Shown piece after piece: positions 38,628 through 48,322 of a DNA stretch of 64,000 nt; positions within the stretch are counted from its first letter, which is position 1; each line of letters starts with the position of its first letter. Below the pieces are notes generated by a model. That model saw only the letters and a program-made list of their open reading frames with translations. It was not told where the DNA came from and did not search any database. The position numbers and the translations under genes are program-made. Origin of the DNA: Candidatus Latescibacterota bacterium (GTDB lineage: Bacteria; Latescibacterota; UBA2968; UBA8231); NCBI GenBank assembly GCA_965203175.1, contig OZ241867.1, forward strand, positions 4,864,001 to 4,928,000. The letters are read 5' to 3'.

Positions 38628-40031
38628 ATGACCAGTCCAAGCGATCAGCTATTGGCCGAACAGGTGCGGCAGGGCAACGAGCAAGCTTTCGTCCGCCTAA
38701 TTCGGCGCTACGAACGCACCCTAGTAGGGTTGATCCGCCACCGGGTCGGCTCCGGCGACCAATTGCAGGACGTACTGCAAGAAACCCTAGTACACGTCTG
38801 GAGCGGCCTGTGCCGAGATACCCCCCGCGACGTGCGAGCTTGGTTGCTACAAGTGGCCCGCAACCGCTGCCGAGATTACTTCCGCTCGACCCAGCGCCGT
38901 GAGCTGTTCGTCGAGACGGAGGTTTTGACGCCCATGGTCAATCGCTTCGGAGTGGCTCAAGCCCGGCAGCGAGAAGCCGCCGCAGCCATCGTCGAGGCCA
39001 TGGAGGAAGTGCCCGACCGCGAGCGGGCTGCCCTGCAGGCCTTTTACTTGGACGGCCTGAGCATTGCCGAAATAGCCACCCGCCACCGTTGTCCCGACGG
39101 CACAGTCAAGCGCCGCCTGTCGCACGGGCGCGACCGAATCCGCACGGTGTTGGGCGTCACCCCCAAGACGAGGAGCAAAACCATGACCATGAGTGCTAGC
39201 CAACAACGGCCCTTCCCCCAGTACCGGCCCGAAATACGCATTAAGGCGAGCCAAGAGACCCCCTTCCGCATTGATTTCAAGGAGATGGCTTGGTGGTTCA
39301 TCGTGCCGGAAGTAGGCGACCGCGTTCGCTGGGCCTCGTACGATCCCCCAAAAGAAGACGACGCGCCCTGGAGACTGTCCGAAACCGTCTCGCTAGCAGC
39401 CCGCCGCCCTGCGGTCATCCACGGCCGTTCTTGCGTCGAAGTGGAGGTGGAGAACCAGTATTTTGACCAAGACGGTAAGATCCACGAACGCGAAGAGGAT
39501 CGCCATGTCAAAGTATGGGGCCATCTGGCCGAGAACGCGGTGGAGTGGATCGCGATAGAATCGCTGCGGCCCGACGGCACGCGGGAACTGACGACTTTTC
39601 TCGACGAAGGATTCCACGACGATTGGGACCGTTCACCGCGCCTAATCGAGGATTGTGGCTACCTGCGCCCCCAGACCGACGGCTCGTTCGCAAAACAGGC
39701 CGACGCCGCCCAAATCACCGGGGCCGGAGTGTTCGACGTGCAGATCGGCGAGCAGCATTTTACCTGCCTGCGCGTCTTTGAAGTCGAGAAGGAAGCCACC
39801 GAGCGCGATGTCATGATCGAAGCCTATATCACCCGCGCCGGACGCACAGTGCTGGACCGCCGCTACAACGGCAACCGCTGGGCTAAAAGAGACGCCCCGC
39901 CGCACAATTGGGGCGAGCAGATGACTTGGGAAGAAGACCTACCCCACACCAACCGCATAGTCATCGACGGCGTGACCTACGTGCACTACTACGACAAATT
40001 GACGGACGCAGCCTGCGGCATCGCCGATTGA
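38628..40031 (+). CDS. ECF sigma-70 factor with long C-terminal extension
   Basis: Region 2 (QDVLQET..WLLQVARNRCRDYFR), region 4 (GLSIAEIA..GTVKRRLSHGR), then about 280 aa of unknown soluble domain. Confidence 0.85.
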   Translation: MTSPSDQLLAEQVRQGNEQAFVRLIRRYERTLVGLIRHRVGSGDQLQDVLQETLVHVWSGLCRDTPRDVRAWLLQVARNRCRDYFRSTQRRELFVETEVLTPMVNRFGVAQARQREAAAAIVEAMEEVPDRERAALQAFYLDGLSIAEIATRHRCPDGTVKRRLSHGRDRIRTVLGVTPKTRSKTMTMSASQQRPFPQYRPEIRIKASQETPFRIDFKEMAWWFIVPEVGDRVRWASYDPPKEDDAPWRLSETVSLAARRPAVIHGRSCVEVEVENQYFDQDGKIHEREEDRHVKVWGHLAENAVEWIAIESLRPDGTRELTTFLDEGFHDDWDRSPRLIEDCGYLRPQTDGSFAKQADAAQITGAGVFDVQIGEQHFTCLRVFEVEKEATERDVMIEAYITRAGRTVLDRRYNGNRWAKRDAPPHNWGEQMTWEEDLPHTNRIVIDGVTYVHYYDKLTDAACGIAD

Positions 40032-40065
40032 TGATCCATGACGAGTGGCGCGATAATCCGCGGCC

Positions 40066-41358
40066 TCAACGCATAGTCTCCACCCCCTCAGACACCGAAT
40101 CGTCTGTGTCCTTTATATCGTAGGTCGTTTCCGTATAGGTGATGATCGTCACCCTCCGCCCCGTACGCTCATCGACGACACGACAGCTAGGACAGTTCGG
40201 CCCCGTGCGCTCGATCCGATGCGGCGTCAGTATTCCTTGGACAGCCTCGTAGTCCTCGTATGTCGTCGTCCAAACAGGGGGTCTCTGGTGATAATTCTGG
40301 CGATAGTCTCTTTGTTCGGCAGCAGTCAACCCGTCCCGCGTACCTATCAATAGTCCAGTGTTGCGCGAAAAGAGCGCCTCGTAATAGTTGCCGTACAAGG
40401 TATCGTCCACCCGGATGACGTCAGTCAATCTATCGCGGAATCTTTCCGTCTGTATGTATCGCAAAACGACCCCTTCGCCGAAAAAACGGTCGAAAAAATG
40501 CCAGCGGTGCATCTCGCCCATTTGGCGCGATTGTCGTCTTGCGGGTGTTAGGAAGTCCCACCGCAGACTGAACAGGCGGTAATAGCGGCTCAGCGACTCG
40601 GCTGGGTTGCGCATCGCGCCATCCCTATTAGCGGCCTGCCCTCTTTTTTCTTTTAAGGGAATGTCGGTAACTTCGCCCCATCCTTTGTAGTGCCGATTGG
40701 AGACGGGATACAAATAAGGGCTTACCTGCATGACCACCCGACCCGTCCGGTGGTCCCAGGCCTCGATCGACGTTTTAACCCGAACCCCCTTAATGGAAGC
40801 CAAAGCGCGACGCCCCCCCATCGCGGCGATGGCCCGTTCTACGATCTCTTCTGCGCGCTGGCGGCTCTTGTACGCGGCAGTTCCCGGCGTTACGGCCTCT
40901 AGGTAAAAGCGCACGTGTTGTTCCGCCTGTTTCGCTCGCTCGCGCACGGCGCGCAACGCCAGTTCGTTGAGATCCGGCATCTCTACGGGCGGCGCTTGGA
41001 ACTTGCGTGCCTTGGCTGCCACTTCGATAGTATCTATCGCCAACTCGGCAAAGGGCGTGATGACGGGCAGTTTCCCGACGCCGACGACCTCGGGAATTGA
41101 TTCGGGCGGATTGGGGTTCTCGGGGCCGGCCGGCAATTCTAGGCGTTCTAGGAGGTGCTGCAACAAGCGCGGACTATCTGCTATGAAAGCGGGCTTGGGC
41201 ATCATCAGGGCCGGCGGCGGCAGCCGCAACACCCGCACCTTGAGCTCCGCTGTGTCGCGCCCAGACGGGACGATCCAGAGCAACAATAAGTGCAATGCCG
41301 CGGACAGAACGAAAAACGGAACCATCCGCCAGCGATTTTGGGGTATTCGACGATCCAT
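40066..41358 (-). CDS. Membrane-anchored hypothetical protein (Pro-rich linker, LolA-like C-terminal region)
   Basis: TM helix SAALHLLLLW, Pro-rich stretch, IVERAIAAMGG..AL.SIK motif. Confidence 0.6.
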   Translation of the reverse strand: MDRRIPQNRWRMVPFFVLSAALHLLLLWIVPSGRDTAELKVRVLRLPPPALMMPKPAFIADSPRLLQHLLERLELPAGPENPNPPESIPEVVGVGKLPVITPFAELAIDTIEVAAKARKFQAPPVEMPDLNELALRAVRERAKQAEQHVRFYLEAVTPGTAAYKSRQRAEEIVERAIAAMGGRRALASIKGVRVKTSIEAWDHRTGRVVMQVSPYLYPVSNRHYKGWGEVTDIPLKEKRGQAANRDGAMRNPAESLSRYYRLFSLRWDFLTPARRQSRQMGEMHRWHFFDRFFGEGVVLRYIQTERFRDRLTDVIRVDDTLYGNYYEALFSRNTGLLIGTRDGLTAAEQRDYRQNYHQRPPVWTTTYEDYEAVQGILTPHRIERTGPNCPSCRVVDERTGRRVTIITYTETTYDIKDTDDSVSEGVETMR

Positions 41359-41394
41359 TTATCCAATCGCGATCCGTTAAGAGGTCCTCCCTGA

Positions 41395-42621
41395 TCAAGG
41401 CGTTCCGCCGTGCCCCTGAGCCAAGTAGTCTTTCAGCAGTTGCGCGATTCTTGCTGCCGCATCTTGGCACAGCGGGGCCATAGGCTCCTTGCCGCCCGGA
41501 GTAGATTTCCGCACCGACACAGCCAAAGGCGGGTTCTGTTCAAAAAGAACTCTTCTTTCCGATAGGAGAATCAACTGCACTCCGATTTCGGCGACGCCGG
41601 AGGCGCGTCTTTCGGAATCCTGCCAGAAATTGAGCCTCATAATATCGAAAGCCAACTTGTAGTCGCCCTTCCAAGGAAAATACTGCATGGGCGACTCGCC
41701 AATCTGCTCGACCAAGGCGGCCACCAGCGACTGATGGAGATCGACCGTCTGCTCTTTTATGTATGATACATCAACAGTGCCGAAATAAGCGTAAAAGGGG
41801 CTGCCTGCCAGATTCTCTCCGCCGGCGATATACTGCTCCAGTCCTTGCTCGAATTGATGAGTACTGCGCCCGGCAATAAGCAGCCCCGACTCCGCCGGCA
41901 CTTGCGCGACAAATTCGCGTTCTCCCGCCGCAAACATCAGTGGCATACGGCCGCCCTTCTCATGATGGGGCACCGTAGTCGCATCGGCGGCAGCAACCGA
42001 GTGCAAGATCGCCCGGTGTTCATCCTCCAATAAGGTCTGCGCTAGAACGGGCATCTTCATCTTCTCCCCGGGGAACGACGCTGCGCTAAACGAATACCAT
42101 TTCGCTACGATCTCGCCGCTTCTGCGGTCCTTTAGCTCGTAGCGTGCCATAAGACCGCGCTGGGAGAGGATCTCCCGCTCACTCGTTTCCGCCACCCATG
42201 CGGGAATCGGCACATCGACAAAGTCTTTGGCCATTGCGCTCTCCTTCTCATGGCGCGCAAACCAAGCTCCGTACATACTCAACTCGTATGCCGGCTTTAG
42301 GTTGTAGGTTAGGGGGTCTTCGTAGCGCGTGACGTGTTCAAATAGCCCTGAACCCTCCACTTCCTGCAACAGTTTCCACTCCAAACCATTGGCCTCCCGA
42401 TTCGTGAGTGGGGTAAAAGCCCTCTTGGCCCCACGCCATGAGTACGGATTGGAATCTCTTGCTAGAACCAGAACTGCTATATTCCTTTCGTTCAGATTCT
42501 TGGACACTTTACCGCCGCCACTAACGGCGCAACTGTACAGACACCAAAATGTAACAGCGAAGAGGAAGATCAAATGGCTGTATCCTGTATGGTTGCGGTG
42601 CCAACCAAACAAAGGTCTCAT
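41395..42621 (-). CDS. Hypothetical lipoprotein
   Basis: 408-aa ORF with a hydrophobic N-terminus ending LYSC; no recognised domain. Confidence 0.6.
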   Translation of the reverse strand: MRPLFGWHRNHTGYSHLIFLFAVTFWCLYSCAVSGGGKVSKNLNERNIAVLVLARDSNPYSWRGAKRAFTPLTNREANGLEWKLLQEVEGSGLFEHVTRYEDPLTYNLKPAYELSMYGAWFARHEKESAMAKDFVDVPIPAWVAETSEREILSQRGLMARYELKDRRSGEIVAKWYSFSAASFPGEKMKMPVLAQTLLEDEHRAILHSVAAADATTVPHHEKGGRMPLMFAAGEREFVAQVPAESGLLIAGRSTHQFEQGLEQYIAGGENLAGSPFYAYFGTVDVSYIKEQTVDLHQSLVAALVEQIGESPMQYFPWKGDYKLAFDIMRLNFWQDSERRASGVAEIGVQLILLSERRVLFEQNPPLAVSVRKSTPGGKEPMAPLCQDAAARIAQLLKDYLAQGHGGTP

Positions 42622-42882
42622 AGTTTACATCTCCGCTAAGGGAATAAGGCGTTTGCACAAAGCACGTCTATGAATAATCCTCTACGGTCGTAGCTTGATA
42701 TGTAAGTACATATTACAATCTGCGATGTATTGCAAACATCTACCTTCTGCCGCGAAGTAGGGCTGCCCTAATCCGGTGTCCTGCCTCCAAAAATAACCCC
42801 GCCACCGCCGGCTTATTGACTTTTTCCAAGCATCCACGTTCTTTGATTTTGTTCCCCTTTACCAACAGGAAAAGATCCTACT

Positions 42883-43155
42883 ATGACGACGCCCAAAACT
42901 AAAAAACGCAAACTTTTCAAACTCTTAGCCCCGCAGGCGGAAAGCGTTTACTTAGCCGCCTCCTTCAACGATTGGGATCCACAAGCCCGCCCGCTAAAAA
43001 AAGACGCCCAGGGCCTGTGGAAAACTTCGGTCACTTTGCCTCTGGGCAAGCACGAATACCGCTTTGTGGTCGATGGCGAATGGCGCGATGATCCGCAGTG
43101 CGAAGAGCGCCGTCCCAATCCCTTCGGCACCACCAACTGCATTTTACACGCCTGA
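42883..43155 (+). CDS. Stand-alone glycogen-binding (CBM48/AMPK-beta-like, isoamylase early-set) domain protein
   Basis: APQAESVYLAASFNDW, LPLG.HEYRFVVDGEW..DP, NPFG..N. Confidence 0.85.
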   Translation: MTTPKTKKRKLFKLLAPQAESVYLAASFNDWDPQARPLKKDAQGLWKTSVTLPLGKHEYRFVVDGEWRDDPQCEERRPNPFGTTNCILHA

Positions 43156-43239
43156 TTCACCGCGTCTAAAGGCGTACCCCCTACGCTTCACGCATAAACA
43201 GCGCGTAAATCCCTCGCCGCGCCACGCAAAGTCTGAGCG

Positions 43240-44070
43240 TTATTCCCCGTCGCGAGGCCGGTATTCGCCGCGGGCGTTCCAGCCGGGATACTGCGCTTCC
43301 AAGGCGTCGAGCGTCTGACGGGTGTAGTATGGATGGTCGGGCGGTGGGAAGCGGAAGAGTTGGCGATCAGCGGCAGTGAGGCCGGCGATAAACTCGCAAA
43401 AGTGCGGGTTGCGACCCACGTGGGTGTAGTGCTCGACGCCTTCCCAATAGTGGTCGGCGCGACCATAGGCGAATTTCCAGATATAGCGCTGCCCGTCGGC
43501 GCGCCGGTAGTCGCTAGCGGCGTGCCAGGAGTAGTTGTGGAAGATGGCTACCGAGCCGCCAGGAGCGACCATTGGTTCAGCTCTGGCCGCGTCCTGGTGC
43601 TGGCCATCGCCATCGGCGACGAAGAGAGTCGGGGCCTGATCCTCTTCGACATCTTCGAGACAGAACCAGAAGTTGAGCTGGCTGTGGCGATGGTCGGATT
43701 CAGTGGGTGGCAGCAGCGAGTTGTTGCCATTGTCGATGTGGAACGGCCCACCCTTGCGGCCCGGATAGGAGACCAGACCCAGTCCGGGCCGATAGTGGAT
43801 TTGGTCGGTGCCGAGCCAGCGGCGGGCAAAGGCGATGGCCTCGCGATCGACAATGGCGCGGTTGAGGCATTGTTCGGGATAGGGAAAATAGCAGGAGCCG
43901 ATGCGATCGTCGGGTGGGTTGTCCGCGATTTCGTCCCAAGGTTTGAGGATGCGGCGCAGGGCGGCGGCCATGGCAGAGCGTTGGGCTTCGGGGAAGTAGT
44001 TGTGGACGATCACGTAGCCGCGCGTGGCAAGCGCTTCGAATACTTCGTCGCTTAGTCTTTGCTCCTGCAT
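43240..44070 (-). CDS. Phytanoyl-CoA dioxygenase (PhyH)-family Fe/2OG dioxygenase
   Basis: RGYVIVHNYF, HID facial-triad motif, distal WHAA. Confidence 0.8.
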   Translation of the reverse strand: MQEQRLSDEVFEALATRGYVIVHNYFPEAQRSAMAAALRRILKPWDEIADNPPDDRIGSCYFPYPEQCLNRAIVDREAIAFARRWLGTDQIHYRPGLGLVSYPGRKGGPFHIDNGNNSLLPPTESDHRHSQLNFWFCLEDVEEDQAPTLFVADGDGQHQDAARAEPMVAPGGSVAIFHNYSWHAASDYRRADGQRYIWKFAYGRADHYWEGVEHYTHVGRNPHFCEFIAGLTAADRQLFRFPPPDHPYYTRQTLDALEAQYPGWNARGEYRPRDGE

Positions 44071-44081
44071 GATGCGTCCCT

Positions 44082-44396
44082 TCAGGCAACGTATTTCTGG
44101 ATGCCGACGATGAGCGCGATGCTCAGGGCCGTGATCAGCGCGACACCAACTAGCACGATGGTCAGAATCTTTCCCATAAACAGGTAGATTCCCAAGCCCA
44201 TCAGGATAGTCACCACTCCTATAAGAAATAGATAAAGCCCCACCCAACGGGCCAACCCGTCCTTGTCGGCGACCTGGTCCGACTTTAGACCGGAGATCAG
44301 GCCGACGCGCTTCTTAACCCCGATCAGATAGGCGATGACATAGAGCGGCAAGGCAGAGATCAGCATGATGAGGAAGATAAATAGGCCTGTGTCCAT
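44082..44396 (-). CDS. Small membrane protein (DUF3784-like)
   Basis: Three TM helices; KKR..LISG...V.DK.GLAR.VG. Confidence 0.7.
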   Translation of the reverse strand: MDTGLFIFLIMLISALPLYVIAYLIGVKKRVGLISGLKSDQVADKDGLARWVGLYLFLIGVVTILMGLGIYLFMGKILTIVLVGVALITALSIALIVGIQKYVA

Positions 44397-44426
44397 CTGA
44401 GTATCCTTTCCATGGGTTGGGGGTTG

Positions 44427-46403
44427 TCACGACGGAAACGGCACGGGAATCCCATCACCATGCCACGGGAAAGCGTAGCTTGGCGTATTGCAGAAGCGGT
44501 CCAGTCCAGCTCCGACGCGAATCGCAGTAGAAGGTGGCAGTTCCACCGAGAAGTACTTCCCTTCTACAGTAGCCGCCACCTCGCCATCCTTCCCTGCGGC
44601 GCGGTATTTGAGCTGCGTAAAGCGATGCTCGCCAAAGGCACCGGCCTGTACAATGAGGCGGCGCGTATCGTGCCGCGACGTGTTGACGAGTTGGACACCG
44701 ACCACGTCCGGCCCCAGTTCATCCACCAAGGCGGCCACGTCTAAAGGTAGCCCCGGCCGCAGGCGGTCGGCGTCGAAGTAGCGCACCGTAGCGCGTAGCA
44801 GGCCGCCGTTATAGACCGACTGCGGCGCCCCCAGCGTCACTTGGGTCAGCCCCTTGGTCAATACCGGCTGCGATGGGAGTCGGTTGGTGGCGATGATTTC
44901 TATGGGACTGCGCGCGTCGGCGCGCATGGTCTCGTAGGTCTCCAGAGCCTGCTGGTACTCCGCCCGCAAAATCTGCTCCGGCCAGCCCGGATTCTTGCCA
45001 TCGTAGTACTGGAAGCGGGCGAATTCAGTATTGCCCCAGTTTTTCTCTCCTAGGGCTGTCCCCACGTCGTTCCAGTCGCGCTCCACGTCGCCGTCGCGCA
45101 CCAAGGTAATGAGTTCGTAGTCCTCCCGGGCCATAGAGGCGTGGTACAGATGCATGATGTCCTGACCCCGCAGCGGAGTGGGTTCCAGCCAGTAGCCCCG
45201 CATCTCAATGCCGTCGCTTACGTGCAGCCCCGGCGCTGGATTCCAGTCCCAGCCATCCGGCCCGTAGCGCACCGGCACGAGGAATTGCCCGCCCTCCCGC
45301 TTCCTGCCGTTATCGACTTGCAGCTTGATTTGCGAGCGCAAAAAGTCGAGGTATCCGCTATCGCCGGTGAGCAGTTGGGCGCATTCGACTGCGATATTGA
45401 TGCCGTGGTACATGATGTTGTAGCCCTGGTAGTGGTTCCAGCCGTACTGGCCACCCCACCACACGCCTTCGCGTCCCCCACCGATGACGCCTTTAGCATC
45501 GACGTTGTCTGGGCAAATACCGCCGTTTTTCTCCGTGCGCTCCATCCACGCCTCAGTGTAGTCGAGAACCCACTGTTTGTACTTGTCGTCGCCGGTGTAC
45601 AAATAGGCATTGGCCACCAGCGCAGTAGCCGCCAAACTGTTGGGCGTGTCGCACTGCAAGACGAGCCGGTCGAACAGATCGACGATCTGCTTGCGCCGCG
45701 CTGGATTTTCAAACCAGCGGGTCTCCAAGTTTTTGACGATGGGATACAGACTGGCGCGCACTCCGTAGTAGTTGGCCTGTCCGCCCAAGCCGCGCCCGGC
45801 CAGCAGCATGGTGTTGGCGTATTCCGCGTCCGCGTGGAGCTTAGGTCCTTGACTCGAATGGAAGGGCGAGCGCAGGATGCGGTATTCGGGGTCCCAGTTG
45901 GGGGCTTGGGGGTCCTCGCCGATGAACATGGCCGCAAAGCTCCGCGCCCGCCGCATGTTTTCCGATACCGTGGGGTCGGCCACCCCAAAGTCGTAAAAGG
46001 CCATATTGCCCTCGCCCAAGTGGTGCCACTCCATGGCTTGTTCGAGATTCCAGAACTCGTTGTGGACGGACGGACGGAAGACCTTCTTGTGGTCGTTGTA
46101 GCGCGTACGGTGATTGATGCGATCGTCGCTGATGCGGGTGACGGCGTTCCAGTTGCGGAAGTGGAGGTCGAGCAAATCATCGGCCGCGCCAATCGCGTAG
46201 AACAGGCCGAAGTTGTACACCTGTTCGTAGAGGTCATCCACATCCTCAGCCAACAAGGTGCCGCCACCGCGCTCAAAGTACTGCCGGGCGAACAAGCGAC
46301 CCGACTCCTCCATCAGCGCGATCAAATTTCGCTCCATCAAGGCCCACGCCGGCGGAGCCGCGACCTCGGTCGCCTCGATCTTGATCATACTATTTGCTGC
46401 CAT
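44427..46403 (-). CDS. Conserved hypothetical protein (possible alpha/alpha-toroid enzyme)
   Basis: 658 aa, SD AGGAGG, aromatic-rich; DDLYE, EWHH, AYLYTGDDKY. Confidence 0.75.
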   Translation of the reverse strand: MAANSMIKIEATEVAAPPAWALMERNLIALMEESGRLFARQYFERGGGTLLAEDVDDLYEQVYNFGLFYAIGAADDLLDLHFRNWNAVTRISDDRINHRTRYNDHKKVFRPSVHNEFWNLEQAMEWHHLGEGNMAFYDFGVADPTVSENMRRARSFAAMFIGEDPQAPNWDPEYRILRSPFHSSQGPKLHADAEYANTMLLAGRGLGGQANYYGVRASLYPIVKNLETRWFENPARRKQIVDLFDRLVLQCDTPNSLAATALVANAYLYTGDDKYKQWVLDYTEAWMERTEKNGGICPDNVDAKGVIGGGREGVWWGGQYGWNHYQGYNIMYHGINIAVECAQLLTGDSGYLDFLRSQIKLQVDNGRKREGGQFLVPVRYGPDGWDWNPAPGLHVSDGIEMRGYWLEPTPLRGQDIMHLYHASMAREDYELITLVRDGDVERDWNDVGTALGEKNWGNTEFARFQYYDGKNPGWPEQILRAEYQQALETYETMRADARSPIEIIATNRLPSQPVLTKGLTQVTLGAPQSVYNGGLLRATVRYFDADRLRPGLPLDVAALVDELGPDVVGVQLVNTSRHDTRRLIVQAGAFGEHRFTQLKYRAAGKDGEVAATVEGKYFSVELPPSTAIRVGAGLDRFCNTPSYAFPWHGDGIPVPFPS

Positions 46404-46523
46404 CGCCTACTGCCTCCTGTGCGAGAAAAGGTCGGACGTAATTCTAGGCGGCGGTACACGCGCGGGCAAGCGGCCGTTTCATCCGCTTGGCCGCTCCAGA
46501 CACATCCGTTACCTTAAAATCCC

Positions 46524-47309
46524 ATGAATAGTAAAGACTACCTACACGCCCTCTTCGGCTGTCAGGGTCGCAAAGCCATCGTCACGGGAGCCTCCAGCGG
46601 CTTAGGAGCCGAAATGACCCGCGTCCTCGTCTCGGCAGGAGCTGATGTCCTCGCCGTCGCCCGCCGCCAAGAGCGCCTTGAAGCACTGGCCAACGAATTG
46701 CAAGACCGCGCCGGAACCATCCACGCACACGCGGCTGACCTCAGCGACAACGCCGCCATCGCCGCCCTGCCCGAGCAAGCGCGCGAGCAACTCGGCGGCT
46801 GCGATATCTTGGTCGCCAATGCCGGCACAGCCACCCGCGTCCGCCTCGAAGATATGGCCGAGCAAGACTTTGCCGCGGTCGTCGATCTCAATCTCAAAGC
46901 CCAATGGCTGCTCGCCAAAGCCTGCTTCCCCTTGCTCCGCCAATCTGAAGCCGGCCGCATTGTCAACATCGCCTCAATCTACGGATTGAGAGCCTCGGTA
47001 ATCAACGGCCTGAGTGCCTACACAATCAGCAAGCACGGACTCGTGGGGCTGACGCGCTCGCAGGCGGTGGAATGGAGCAGACACAGCATCACTGCAAACG
47101 CCATCGCCCCCAGTTATTTCCCCACCGAAATGACCGAGACCGCCCTCGACAACGAGAAGATGAGCACTCGGCTGCGCACCTTTACGCCGCAGGGACGCTT
47201 TGGCCAACCTGCAGAGCTGGCCACCGCCCTACTCTTCTTGTGCTCAAAGGCCAGTGGCTACGTCAACGGAACCATCGTACCAGTGGACGGCGGCTGGACG
47301 GCGTGGTGA
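46524..47309 (+). CDS. Short-chain dehydrogenase/reductase
   Basis: TGASSGLG, NAG, YTISK (YxxxK), VDGG. Confidence 0.92.
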   Translation: MNSKDYLHALFGCQGRKAIVTGASSGLGAEMTRVLVSAGADVLAVARRQERLEALANELQDRAGTIHAHAADLSDNAAIAALPEQAREQLGGCDILVANAGTATRVRLEDMAEQDFAAVVDLNLKAQWLLAKACFPLLRQSEAGRIVNIASIYGLRASVINGLSAYTISKHGLVGLTRSQAVEWSRHSITANAIAPSYFPTEMTETALDNEKMSTRLRTFTPQGRFGQPAELATALLFLCSKASGYVNGTIVPVDGGWTAW

Positions 47310-47331
47310 TGCACGCCACTGGGAATTGATT

Positions 47332-48315
47332 ATGAAAAAGCGAATCCTCGGCCGCACGGGGCTAGCCGTGAGCGAGCTGTCGCTCGGCGGGCTTTTTGTC
47401 TCGTCCCATGGCGCGGCCTTCGAGCAGAGCAAGCAGGCCGTGCTGCGAGCTCTCGAATTAGGGGTCAATTACATCGACACCGCACCGACCTATTTCGACA
47501 GCGAAGAGGTCTTGGGCAAGGCATTGGAAGGCGTGGAAACGCCCTTTTACCTTTCGACCAAGATCGGGGGACGCCTTACCCCCTTCCTGCCGCAGGATCC
47601 TGCCTGCTTGCGGCGCTCGGTGGAGGAAAGCCTAGCGCGCCTCAAGCGCGATCGCGTCGATATCCTGATGGTCCACGAGCCAGACCGGCCAAGGATGTAC
47701 GATTGGTGGGCCGACGAGGAATACAACGGCCCAGTGTTAGAGGTTCTAGACGAACTCAAGCAGGAAGGTCTCGTCGATTACATCGGCCTAGGATCAACCA
47801 CGGCCTACCACATCGAGCCCATTATCCGCACGGGCCGCTTCGACATCCTGCTCACCGCCCTCAACTACAGCCTGCTTTGGCGCGAGGCCGCACACTGCGC
47901 CTTGCCAGCGGCGCACGAACACAACATGGGCATCGTCATCGGCTCGCCGCTGCAAATGGGCGCGCTATCCCCGGCCCACGAGGAAGAAATACGGCGAGGA
48001 GTACTGTGGCTGGGCCGGCCGCGCCAGCAACAGTTTTGCGCTCTCTACGACTTTGCCCGCGAAGTTGGTATTTCCCTGCCCGAACTAAGCCTGCGCTTCG
48101 TGCTCTCCGACCCGCGCGTCTCCTGCGCCCTGATGGGAGCTCGCTCGCAGGCGGAGGTCGAAGAGAACGCCGCTGCGGTCGCCAACGGCCCCTTGAGCAG
48201 CGAAGTACTGGCCCGACTCGACGAAATCGCCGCCATGGTGCCCTTCCGACCTTGCGAAGAGCCCTTCGTCCTGCCGCTAGGCCGGACGTATGCTGGGCTG
48301 GGACAGGCCCGATAG
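47332..48315 (+). CDS. Aldo/keto reductase
   Basis: LGRTGLAVSELSLG, IDTAPTY, STK, SVEESLARL, VH. Confidence 0.9.
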   Translation: MKKRILGRTGLAVSELSLGGLFVSSHGAAFEQSKQAVLRALELGVNYIDTAPTYFDSEEVLGKALEGVETPFYLSTKIGGRLTPFLPQDPACLRRSVEESLARLKRDRVDILMVHEPDRPRMYDWWADEEYNGPVLEVLDELKQEGLVDYIGLGSTTAYHIEPIIRTGRFDILLTALNYSLLWREAAHCALPAAHEHNMGIVIGSPLQMGALSPAHEEEIRRGVLWLGRPRQQQFCALYDFAREVGISLPELSLRFVLSDPRVSCALMGARSQAEVEENAAAVANGPLSSEVLARLDEIAAMVPFRPCEEPFVLPLGRTYAGLGQAR

Positions 48316-48322
48316 AGATCAC

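Noticed and set aside
42622-42882. AT-rich intergenic region as a possible riboswitch or sRNA
   Set aside because: No recognisable conserved motif or convincing structure; consistent with divergent promoters.
45141-46517. 458-aa plus-strand ORF (and a 352-aa alternate-frame minus ORF) overlapping the 658-aa hypothetical
   Set aside because: Shadow ORFs typical of high-GC codon bias; no motifs, whereas the minus-strand gene has a good SD and normal composition.
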